32,000 nt of DNA from Candidatus Aldehydirespirator sp. Its GTDB lineage: Bacteria; Actinomycetota; Acidimicrobiia; Acidimicrobiales; Aldehydirespiratoraceae. The notes under the pieces are model-generated. The model was given only the letters and a program-made list of their open reading frames with translations, searched no databases and was not told where the DNA came from. Made by a program: the position numbers and the translations under genes. This document shows, in pieces, positions 1 through 7,660 of the stretch (the stretch's first letter is position 1; every line of letters starts with the position of its first letter). Location: contig CBDBEL010000003.1 of NCBI GenBank assembly GCA_965204415.1, forward strand, positions 864,900-896,899. The letters run 5' to 3'.

Positions 1-1120
1 CGGCCGGGACCAGCGACAGCATCACGATCAGGCTCAAGGCCACTCCCAGCGCGGCGACGACGCCGAAGTCGCCGATCACGCCGATCGGGGAGAACAGGAT
101 CGACAGGAAGCTCGCAATCGTGGTGACCGCGGCCAGCACGATCGGGACGCCGACGTTGTGCAGCCCCGTCCGGACCGCCTCCAGCACCGGCTCGCCGGCG
201 AGGCGCCGCTCGCGGTAGTGCGAGACGGCCTGGATCGCATAGTCCACCGTGAGGCTGATCACGATGATCGGCACCATCGTCGAGACCGAGCTCGGGGGAC
301 CTATCCAGCCCAGCCCGTTCGGCCCGAGCCAGCCCTCCGCCCCGACGATCCAGCTCACCGAGAGGATGAGGCCCCCGAGGGTGAGCAGCAGATCGGAGAA
401 CGTGCGCATGAACAGCAGGATCAGCGCCGCGATCAGCAGCAGGGCCAGTCCGACCAGCGGCGCCATCCCCTCCTCGGTGGCCCGTTTGTACTCGTCCTCG
501 ATCACGATCGGCGACACGCTGCTCACGCTCAGCGGGCCCTCGGCCGCGGCGGCCAGATCGTTGATGGTCCGCTCGGCGTCCCACACTCGCTCGTCGCCGG
601 TGTTGCTCAGGCGGACGGTGGCCACCGCGATGGGCGTGCCGTCGCTGTCGATGCCGGTCATCGCGTCGAGCGCCCCGCCGATCTCGGGCACGCTGCGGAG
701 CGCGTCTATCTCTGCCGGGGTGACCGACGCCGCGTCGAGCCCGGCCGCGGCCTCAATCACCAGCGACGGCGCGATGACCGGGTCGGCCGGCGCCAGCAGC
801 CCGGCCACGCCCGGGTCGCTGACGATGCCGTCGAGCAGGGCGTCCATCTGGGCGAGCCCGCCGGGGGTGAGCGCCTCGCCGCGGAAGACCATGGTCACCA
901 CGCTGACGTCGCTGGACTCCCCGAAGAACTCGTCGAGCTCGGCCAGCGTGGTGGCGACCGCGCTACCGGGCGGAAGGAACTCCACCGAGGCTCCCTCGGT
1001 GGGCGGCGCCCGCCGGGTCGCTCCCGCGGCCAGCACGAAGGTGAGGAGGATGAGGACGAGGATCGTGATGGCCGGCCGGGCCGTGACCAGCCGGCTGAAC
1101 CTGTCGAGCAGGCGGCTCAT
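1..1120 (-). CDS. MMPL/RND-type membrane transporter, N-terminal ~373 codons (3' end lies beyond the left window edge)
   Basis: Reading the reverse strand from ATG (1120-1118) gives MSRLLDRFSRLVTARPAITILVLILLTFVLAAG. A soluble loop follows, then a TM block (MAPLVGLALLLIAALILLFMRTF..TMVPIIVISLTVDYAIQAVSHYRE..VPIVLAAVTTIASFLSILFSPIGVIGDFG) typical of MMPL/sterol-sensing-like transporters. It is absent from the ORF track because there is no stop inside the window. Plus-strand ORFs 158..1315 and 249..1199 are R/P/S-rich shadows. Confidence 0.7.
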   Translation of the reverse strand, partial: MSRLLDRFSRLVTARPAITILVLILLTFVLAAGATRRAPPTEGASVEFLPPGSAVATTLAELDEFFGESSDVSVVTMVFRGEALTPGGLAQMDALLDGIVSDPGVAGLLAPADPVIAPSLVIEAAAGLDAASVTPAEIDALRSVPEIGGALDAMTGIDSDGTPIAVATVRLSNTGDERVWDAERTINDLAAAAEGPLSVSSVSPIVIEDEYKRATEEGMAPLVGLALLLIAALILLFMRTFSDLLLTLGGLILSVSWIVGAEGWLGPNGLGWIGPPSSVSTMVPIIVISLTVDYAIQAVSHYRERRLAGEPVLEAVRTGLHNVGVPIVLAAVTTIASFLSILFSPIGVIGDFGVVAALGVALSLIVMLSLVPA

Positions 1121-1321
1121 GGCGCGTCACTGTACCGAAGCGCCATTACCTCAATCCTCCACCCTCCTGAACCGGCCGCCGTGCATGATACTCCCGTAGT
1201 AGTTGAAAGACTTCTTGGCGGCGGGATCGTCGAAGTGGTAGTCGGCGCCGAGCTGCCTTGCCGCCGCGAGCCCGGTGACCAGACAGGTCTCCTGGCTGTT
1301 GATCAGCTGTTCTGAGTTCCT

Positions 1322-2404
1322 CTACGCGTCGCCGGCCGCTCGCAGGTTGACGACGGTCTCGGTGTCGCCGGCCTCGGCCGGAGCATCGGGATAGAACTGG
1401 GCGCAGTAGGCGCGGAACTGCCTGATCTCGCCGTCGGAGCGGGCCAGCTTCGGGCGGGGCCGGTACTGCTTGCGGCTCCAGATCGGTATGTCCTGCAACA
1501 CGTCGTTCTTCTGGAGCGACGCCATGAACCTGTTCATGATCGGGGCCCGCAGCCTCACCGGGAGGAAGCCCAGGCCGAGGATCCAGCGGTTGGGCTTGCG
1601 CACCTCTCCCACCTGGGAGACCACCGACAGGTCGATCACCGTGCCGTCGACGGGCGTCGCCAGGATCCAGATCCGCATGGGGATCCCGATCGTGCGCTCG
1701 AGCACCTCCACGAACGAGTAGCCCAGCCCGTAGATGAGGGTGTTGGCCTCCAGGTCGAGGCTCAGGGGCAGCAACCCGGCGATCCGGCGGCTGCTGGCGA
1801 AGTCGAAGCGGCTCACCAGCAGCGGCCCGTCCACCGTCACCGGCTCGACGCGACTCACGCTGTGGTAGTCGTGGACGTAGCGGAAGTGGGCCAGGTCCAC
1901 CGAGTTCTCCGTGGTCTCCTGAGGATGGCCCGCGAAGCGGGAGGTCCAGACGCTCAGGTCGCTCCAGCCGGTCTGGTCCGGCGACTCCTCGGGCAGGCCC
2001 CACTGCGGTGCCCGCCCCCCGATCCCCCACCAGGCGAAGATCAGGCCGGCGATGTCTGAGGTCTCGAAGACCCGCAGCCGGGCCGTCCGGGGCGGGGGCG
2101 CGAAGGGAGTGGCGACGCACTGGCCGGTCGTGTCGTACTCGAAGCCATGGAAGGGGCAGACGAGCCGACCGCCGCGCACCCGCCCCCCTGCGGCCGGGCC
2201 CAGGTCCGAGCCCAGGTGGGGGCAGTAGGCCTCGCTGACGCAGACCCGGCCCTCGTCACCGGACCAGACGACGATCTCGGTGCCCATCCAGGTCTTGCGG
2301 ATCAGCTTGGCTTTCTCCAGGGCCTTGCGGCTGGCGACGAAGTACCAGCCCTCGGGGAACGGCGAGGGCGGGGCGGTCGCAGGTTCCTTACGTTGGACTG
2401 GCAT
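1322..2404 (-). CDS. Rieske [2Fe-2S] non-heme iron oxygenase, KshA / cholesterol-7-desaturase-like alpha subunit
   Basis: 360 aa. It has the Rieske motif CPHLG...CPFHGFEY and the mononuclear iron motif ENSVDLAHFRYVH (D-x2-H-x4-H). The C-terminal DIPIWSRKQY block is typical of this oxygenase family. Confidence 0.85.
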   Translation of the reverse strand: MPVQRKEPATAPPSPFPEGWYFVASRKALEKAKLIRKTWMGTEIVVWSGDEGRVCVSEAYCPHLGSDLGPAAGGRVRGGRLVCPFHGFEYDTTGQCVATPFAPPPRTARLRVFETSDIAGLIFAWWGIGGRAPQWGLPEESPDQTGWSDLSVWTSRFAGHPQETTENSVDLAHFRYVHDYHSVSRVEPVTVDGPLLVSRFDFASSRRIAGLLPLSLDLEANTLIYGLGYSFVEVLERTIGIPMRIWILATPVDGTVIDLSVVSQVGEVRKPNRWILGLGFLPVRLRAPIMNRFMASLQKNDVLQDIPIWSRKQYRPRPKLARSDGEIRQFRAYCAQFYPDAPAEAGDTETVVNLRAAGDA

Positions 2405-2539
2405 TGTTTGACATTCCTGGCCCGGGTGCTCGGCACTTAGGAAACCCGATAACGGACTCTACGCGCTTCGGGAAGCAACCGAATCTTACGGTCCTGTGCC
2501 TTGCAGTGGTCCGGTTTGCAGCCGGCCGAGGGGTTGGTG

Positions 2540-3028
2540 TCAGTCGTCGGTGCCGGGCGGGAGGTCCCCGGCCGCGACCTTCACGAGCTGGTCGAGCAGG
2601 CCGCCCAGCCACTCGTACAGCACGTACCTGGCCGCCTCCTGGGGTTGATCGCCGTCGGTGGGCGGGTTGAAAGTGGCCGCGCCGACCTCCAGCGTGTTCC
2701 CCAGGTAGAGGCGCACGCTGTTGATGGTCTGCATCCAGGCAGCTACTCCGTCGTCATCCAGCGGGGCACCGTCCAGGGTGGCCTCGACGGTGTCGATCGC
2801 CTCTAGGCGGTGTCGCAGCAGCGAGTCGCCGGTCATCTCCCAGAACTCCTCGGAGGCTCGACGGTCGTGGATGTGCACTGGCGGCTGGAAGCGGAGCAGG
2901 GAGGGATCCTTGCCCCCCACCAGCAACTGCCGGAACTGCTCGAGGATTGCGGCCAGGCCGGCCCGCTCGTCGTCCCGCAGCCTCACGTTGATGCCGTCAG
3001 GACCAGGTCTGAACCTCACACCGGACAT
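2540..3028 (-). CDS. DUF2017 domain protein (conserved actinobacterial partner of ClpS)
   Basis: 162 aa, acidic. It has LLRFQPP...EEFWEMTG...AAWMQTINSVRLYLGNTL blocks like DUF2017. It sits immediately downstream of clpS with a 1-nt TGATG stop/start overlap. Confidence 0.7.
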   Translation of the reverse strand: MSGVRFRPGPDGINVRLRDDERAGLAAILEQFRQLLVGGKDPSLLRFQPPVHIHDRRASEEFWEMTGDSLLRHRLEAIDTVEATLDGAPLDDDGVAAWMQTINSVRLYLGNTLEVGAATFNPPTDGDQPQEAARYVLYEWLGGLLDQLVKVAAGDLPPGTDD

Positions 3029-3414
3029 CAGTCCTGCTCGAGGATCGCCCAGAGGCCGTGCTCGTGCAGCCGGTACACATCGAACTCGGCCTTCTCCTTC
3101 TGCCCCGACGCCACCACGGCCTTGCCCTCGGTGTGGACCTGCATCATCAGGCGGTGCGCCTTCTGTTGCGAGTAGCCGAACAGCTTGCGGAACACGTAGG
3201 TGACGTAGGACATCAGGTTGACCGGGTCGTCGAGCACGATCACCTTCCAGGGCAGGTCGGGCCGGCGGTCGGTTTCGTCCACCGGGTCCAGGACGGGCGC
3301 GACGGTCGGCGTCGGGGCTGCCGGGGCTGACCCGGCCGCCGCGGGCGGGGTGCGCGTCACGGCCGCCGCGACCTCTGCTGCCGGCGCGTCGGCGGTGACC
3401 GCGGCGGGCGTCAT
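3028..3414 (-). CDS. clpS: ATP-dependent Clp protease adaptor ClpS with an Ala/Pro-rich N-terminal extension
   Basis: The C-terminal core [73 protein letters not shown] is a clear ClpS domain. I chose the start at ATG 3414-3412 because it overlaps the ctaA stop (ATGA). The longer track ORF (to 3672) would run through ctaA in another frame. Confidence 0.9.
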   Translation of the reverse strand: MTPAAVTADAPAAEVAAAVTRTPPAAAGSAPAAPTPTVAPVLDPVDETDRRPDLPWKVIVLDDPVNLMSYVTYVFRKLFGYSQQKAHRLMMQVHTEGKAVVASGQKEKAEFDVYRLHEHGLWAILEQD

Positions 3415-4421
3415 GGGCCTGCTACCACAGTCGAGGCTGTGGCCGGTTGTGGGATCGCCGCGGCCATTCCGGCGCCGGGGGCGTGGACGGCCTTGACGAT
3501 CTCTATCCATGTGACTGTCGCCAGGGTCACATGTACTCCTACGAGCAGGGCGGGAACGCCGGTGAAGTACTGCGTATAGCCGACCGCGCCCTGCACGGCG
3601 AGCAGCACTGCAATCCGTCCCATCCGGACGTGCCCAGCCGAGCCCGATGCCCGCAGCCGCCACCACGTCCACGCCACCATCCCTAGCAGGATCACCGCCA
3701 CGATGCTGTGGATCCGGGCCACCTCCCGCACTAGCAGCGGAAGCCTCTCTGCCCGGGTGTCACCGGCATGGGGCCCGGCCCCTGTGACCAGCGTGCCGGT
3801 AACCAGCAATGCCCCGCCGACCACCAGCACGGCCCACAGCATCAACCGGGTCGTTCCGTCGGGCGGGTTCGGGCGGCGGGGCCGGGTCGTTCCGTCGGGC
3901 GGGTGAGCCGTTCGCGACTCGGCGGACGCAAGCCCCGCGTCGCTGCGGGCTCGGACATCGAGCACGGCCGCGTTCCATAGCAGCACCATCGACAGCAGGA
4001 AATGCCCCATGGTGAAGCGAGGGTCGAGTTCGGACAGCACCAGCAGGGCTCCCAGCCCGACCTGGGCCAGCACCCCGGCCACCAGGCCCAGCGACAGCAT
4101 GATCAGGTCGGCCCGGCGCGGCTTCCGCCGCCAGGAGCCCAGCACGGCCCCCATCACCGCGATGGCCACCACCCCGGTGAAGAGCCGGTTCACGAACTCG
4201 ACCAGGGCGTGATACTCCAGGTCGGCCACGAAGCGGTCCTCGGAGCAGGTGGGCCAGTCCTCGCAGCCCAGCCCCGACCCGGTGAGGCGCACGGACACGC
4301 CGGTCACCACTATGGCCGCGAGCGCCCAGAGGGCGAACCGGGTGAGCCGAGCGTAGGTCGAAGGGGCCACAGTCTGATCGTACGGCCAAAGGGCCGGGGT
4401 TGGAATACGGCGCATCCACAT
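3411..4421 (-). CDS. ctaA: heme A synthase (COX15/CtaA family)
   Basis: 336 aa polytopic protein. It has the N-terminal loop [12 protein letters not shown] and His-bearing helices ([35 protein letters not shown]) typical of CtaA. It lies divergent to ctaB. Confidence 0.85.
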   Translation of the reverse strand: MWMRRIPTPALWPYDQTVAPSTYARLTRFALWALAAIVVTGVSVRLTGSGLGCEDWPTCSEDRFVADLEYHALVEFVNRLFTGVVAIAVMGAVLGSWRRKPRRADLIMLSLGLVAGVLAQVGLGALLVLSELDPRFTMGHFLLSMVLLWNAAVLDVRARSDAGLASAESRTAHPPDGTTRPRRPNPPDGTTRLMLWAVLVVGGALLVTGTLVTGAGPHAGDTRAERLPLLVREVARIHSIVAVILLGMVAWTWWRLRASGSAGHVRMGRIAVLLAVQGAVGYTQYFTGVPALLVGVHVTLATVTWIEIVKAVHAPGAGMAAAIPQPATASTVVAGP

Positions 4422-4469
4422 GCGGCGCCCGGCCGGGGAGGCCGGGGCTGGGGGCTGGTGGGCAGTCCA

Positions 4470-4901
4470 TCACGCGGCGTCCCGGCTGTCCTCACCGTCG
4501 TTGCCGTCGGGTTGCGGATGGGTGGCGTCGAGTCGTCCCTCGATGCGGGCCAGGCGCTCGCGTGCGTCATTGAGGCTGGCACTGAGGTCGTCGAGCCTGT
4601 CGCTGAAGTCGTCGAGCCTGTCGCTGAAGTCGTCGAGCCTGCCGCCGATGGCGCCGATGGCGGCGCGCAGCAGGTCGAACTGTTCGGCGGTCCACTCGCG
4701 GTTTTTCTGGTTGGTTCTCTCGATCAGCTCGGCGGTCCACTCGCGGGTCTTGGTGCTGTCGACATGCTGGTAGCGCATCAGGGTTACGGCCAACCCCACG
4801 ATGGGCAGGACGAACGCCAGGATGACGGGGGTGAGCTCCCATGAAGAGGCCGTCTCGGCCTGAGCCTGCCCGATGACCGCGGCAACCGTCGATAGTGCCA
4901 T
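4470..4901 (-). CDS. hypothetical single-pass membrane protein with a heptad-repeat (coiled-coil) tail
   Basis: The ORF has one TM segment (LTPVILAFVLPIVGLAVTLM). After it come REWTAE x2 and RLDDFSD/RLDDFSD/RLDDLSA heptads. I chose ATG 4901-4899 (MALSTVAAV...) as the start. ATG 4949 or TTG 4961 are also possible. GC3-rich codon usage supports this being a real gene. I recognise no family. Confidence 0.5.
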   Translation of the reverse strand: MALSTVAAVIGQAQAETASSWELTPVILAFVLPIVGLAVTLMRYQHVDSTKTREWTAELIERTNQKNREWTAEQFDLLRAAIGAIGGRLDDFSDRLDDFSDRLDDLSASLNDARERLARIEGRLDATHPQPDGNDGEDSRDAA

Positions 4902-5097
4902 GACAGCACCGTAGCTATCTGGCGACACTGTCGCAACTCCAAACAGCATGAAATATGTCAATCAGGCATTCAGGCTGCCGTTGGCACTTCGGGCAGGGCC
5001 TGACCGCTGGCACGGCCAGCCGGACGGCAAGACGGGCCTCACCACCTGCGGCGACACCGGCCCGACATTTTGCAGCGGATGGCCGTAGCCTTTCGGC

Positions 5098-6006
5098 GTG
5101 ACCGGAACCGTCACCGGAGGTCTGCGCGCCCCCCGCCGCGCCCGTGCAGCGGCCTTCGTCGCGCTGACGAAGCCCCGCATAGTCGAGTTGCTGCTGGTCA
5201 CCACGGTTCCCTCGATGGTTCTGGCCGAGCGAGGCCTGCCGTCGCTGTGGCTCATGGGGGCCACCGTTCTGGGGGGCGCGATGGCTGCCGGCGGGGCCAA
5301 CGCGCTCAACATGTACGTCGACCGGGACATCGATCGGCTCATGCACCGCACCCGGAACCGGCCCCTGGTCACCGGCGCGGTCCGCCCTACCGAGGCGATC
5401 GTCTTCGCGGTGGCCCTGACCGCCGGCTCATTCGTGTGGCTGTGGGCCTTCGTGAACCTGCTGTCGGCCGCGCTGGCCGCCGCGGCTGCCCTGTTCTACG
5501 TGTTCGTCTACTCGCTGTGGCTCAAGCGGACCTCCATCCGCAACATCGTGATTGGCGGCGCGGCCGGAGCGGTGCCGACCCTTGTGGGCTGGACCGCGGT
5601 CACGGGATCGCTCGACTGGCCCCCGGTGGTGCTGTTCGCGGTGATCTTCTACTGGACGCCTCCCCACTTCTGGGCCCTCGCCATCCGCTACCGCAGCGAC
5701 TATGAGGCCGCCGAGGTGCCGATGCTCCCTGCGGTGGCCGGGCTGCGAGCGACCGCTCGCCGCATCGTCGCCTACACGCTCGCGCTGTGGGCCCTGACCC
5801 TGGTGCTTGTGCCGGTGGCGTCGATGGGCGTCCTGTATGTCGTGGCTGCGCTGGTCCTCGGCGCGGGCTTCCTCGCGCTGGCTGTCGACGTGCTGCGCCG
5901 CCCGGATCCGACCCGGTCAATGCGCCTCTTCGGCTGGTCGAACGCCTACATCGTGCTGCTCTTCGGAACGGTCGCGGCCGATGTCCTGATCCGTAACGGG
6001 TTCTAG
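5098..6006 (+). CDS. ctaB: protoheme IX farnesyltransferase (heme O synthase)
   Basis: 302 aa UbiA-type prenyltransferase. Blocks include LTKPRIVELLL, NMYVDRDIDRLMHRTRNRPLVTG and FYWTPPHFWALA. The start is GTG. Confidence 0.9.
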   Translation: MTGTVTGGLRAPRRARAAAFVALTKPRIVELLLVTTVPSMVLAERGLPSLWLMGATVLGGAMAAGGANALNMYVDRDIDRLMHRTRNRPLVTGAVRPTEAIVFAVALTAGSFVWLWAFVNLLSAALAAAAALFYVFVYSLWLKRTSIRNIVIGGAAGAVPTLVGWTAVTGSLDWPPVVLFAVIFYWTPPHFWALAIRYRSDYEAAEVPMLPAVAGLRATARRIVAYTLALWALTLVLVPVASMGVLYVVAALVLGAGFLALAVDVLRRPDPTRSMRLFGWSNAYIVLLFGTVAADVLIRNGF

Positions 6007-6115
6007 GGATGGAGCCGTGTTCCTCCCCCGCCGGCGCATCGTGCCTTGCGGTGACCCCTGAGCCTTCACGCCGATTGTCGGTGGCCCCATCGTCAATGTG
6101 TAGCATCGCCTCCCG

Positions 6116-7660
6116 ATGACGCTGACCGAGTCCCCCGTCGCGGAATCGGAGGCCGCGTCCGCCGACGGCGGAGCGGCCGCGCCGGCGTCCGCCGCGGAGA
6201 CACTCGGGACGCCCCGGGGCCTGGCCCAGCCGTTCATGACCAGCGACGCGGCGCAGGTCGGAAGGCTCTTCGTGGTCACGTCGCTCCTGCTGGCGCTGGG
6301 CACGGCCGTCATCGGCGTGCTGCTCTCGCTGGGACGCACCGATGCGGTAGCTGCCGACGACCTGTTCGGCGGCCTCAACGCGTACTTCCGCATGTGGACG
6401 CTCTACCGGGTGTCGTTCGTGCTGCTGGTGGTGATGCCGCTGCTTCTCGGCCTGGCCCTCGCGGTTGTGCCGGCCCAGGTGGGAGCGGGCAATGTCGCGT
6501 TCGGTCGAGCCGCGCTGGCGTCGTTCTGGTCGTGGCTGATCGGCGCGGTGATCGTCGTCGCATCGGTGCTCGCGGGAGGGGGCTGGGGCGCCCTCGACGG
6601 CGTGACCGGCAACGAGAGCGACGCCATGGCGCTCACGCTGCTCGGCACCGGCATGGTGATCGTCGCCCTGCTGCTCGGAGCCATCGTGGTCGCCACCACC
6701 GTGATCTCGCTGCGCCAGACCGGCATGAGCCTCCTCGACGTGCCCCCCTTCTCCTGGTCGATGCTGGTGACCGCAGTGGTGTGGCTGTTCTCCCTGCCGG
6801 TGGCCATCGCCAACATCGTGGTCATCTACGCAGACTTGCGGGGCCGGCCGGCCGTCGCCTTCGGCCGGCCCGAGAGCCCCGACATCTGGCTCCAACTCGA
6901 CTGGCTGGTGGAGCAGCCCGCCGTGTACGCGGTGGCCGTGCCGGTGCTCGGCATCATCTTCAGTGCGGCCGGCGCGGCCGTCGGTGCCCGCTCCAGCCGC
7001 CCCGAGGCCATGCTCATCGTGGTGGGGCTGTTCGGCCTGCTGGCGATGGGCGGCTGGTCACAGGACTACTTCACCGCCCCGCAGGACCTCCGCGACGGGC
7101 TCGTATACGTGGCGTTCGGCCTGGCCGCCGTCGTGCCGGTAGTGGCCACCGCCGGCGGCGTCGGCGAGTTGGTGATGCGGGGCTCGAAGACACTGGACCG
7201 GCTCCTGGACACACGCATGCTCGGCGCGGGCGCGGCGCTCAAGCTTCTCGGTGCAGCCGCTCTGGTCGGGGCGCTGCGAGTGATCGAGCCCCTCGACCTG
7301 CTTGAGACCTCCGCCACCTGGGCGGTGTTCCACGGTGTCGTTGTCGCCGGCCTCGTCGCGGCCGTGGCTGCTCTGGCGACCTGGTCGCAGCTGCTGTTCG
7401 GCCCCATCCAGCAGAGGATTGCCCGGGGAGCGATCGTGCTGCTGTTCGGCGGCGGCGGGCTGCTGGTGCTGGCCGACCTTATTTCTGGCTTCGTCGCCGA
7501 TGATCCTGATCTCATGGCCCTCGCGCTCGATGGCAGCGCCGTACTCAACGTGGTGGCCCTGATCGGATCCCTGCTGGTGGCGGCCGGGTTGGCCGCAGCT
7601 CTGGCTGGGGTGGCCTCGGCATTTAAATCGTCCGCGGCGCTCGCGAGCGAGGCGGCATGA
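6116..7660 (+). CDS. heme-copper oxidase subunit I-like polytopic membrane protein lacking the canonical heme/CuB histidine ligands
   Basis: 514 aa. It aligns by eye with CtaD of this window: YFRMWTLYRVSFVLLVVMPL vs YNQVYTMHGVTMVFLFIMPL, VGAGNVAFGRAALASFWSWL vs IGARDVAFPRLNALSYWIWL, LRQTGMSLLDVPPFSWSML vs MRAPGMTLMRMPVLTWMLL, and LDWLVEQPAVYAVAVPVLG vs LFWIFGHPEVYIIILPAFG. The whole protein contains a single His. Confidence 0.85.
   Translation: MTLTESPVAESEAASADGGAAAPASAAETLGTPRGLAQPFMTSDAAQVGRLFVVTSLLLALGTAVIGVLLSLGRTDAVAADDLFGGLNAYFRMWTLYRVSFVLLVVMPLLLGLALAVVPAQVGAGNVAFGRAALASFWSWLIGAVIVVASVLAGGGWGALDGVTGNESDAMALTLLGTGMVIVALLLGAIVVATTVISLRQTGMSLLDVPPFSWSMLVTAVVWLFSLPVAIANIVVIYADLRGRPAVAFGRPESPDIWLQLDWLVEQPAVYAVAVPVLGIIFSAAGAAVGARSSRPEAMLIVVGLFGLLAMGGWSQDYFTAPQDLRDGLVYVAFGLAAVVPVVATAGGVGELVMRGSKTLDRLLDTRMLGAGAALKLLGAAALVGALRVIEPLDLLETSATWAVFHGVVVAGLVAAVAALATWSQLLFGPIQQRIARGAIVLLFGGGGLLVLADLISGFVADDPDLMALALDGSAVLNVVALIGSLLVAAGLAAALAGVASAFKSSAALASEAA

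Noticed and set aside
158-1315. Long plus-strand ORFs (158..1315, 249..1199) and the minus ORF 1146..2120.
   Set aside because: Their translations are R/P/G/S/A-rich low-complexity strings, typical of off-frame reading of high-GC coding DNA. The opposite-strand or other-frame products (the MMPL transporter and the Rieske oxygenase) have recognisable domains.
3415-3672. An N-terminal extension of the ClpS ORF to 214 aa.
   Set aside because: It would overlap ctaA in a different frame and encodes an R-rich sequence. The ATG at 3414 gives a normal ClpS and forms an ATGA overlap with the ctaA stop.
5600-6895. The 431-aa minus-strand ORF, and similar long antisense ORFs: 7066..7932, 8231..9301, 10238..10864, 11141..12481, 13470..14264, 28410..30167 and 29620..30756.
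   Set aside because: All lie antisense to well-supported genes (ctaB, the oxidase subunits, ctaG, ask, asd). All encode Arg/Gly/His/Asp-rich sequences without motifs. They are shadow ORFs.
6116-7660. Treating the subunit-I-like gene as a decaying pseudogene of ctaD.
   Set aside because: The frame is intact over 514 codons, with coding-type GC3 bias, preserved TM scaffold blocks and translational coupling to the next gene. The substitutions are specific to ligand positions rather than random decay. I kept it as a CDS.
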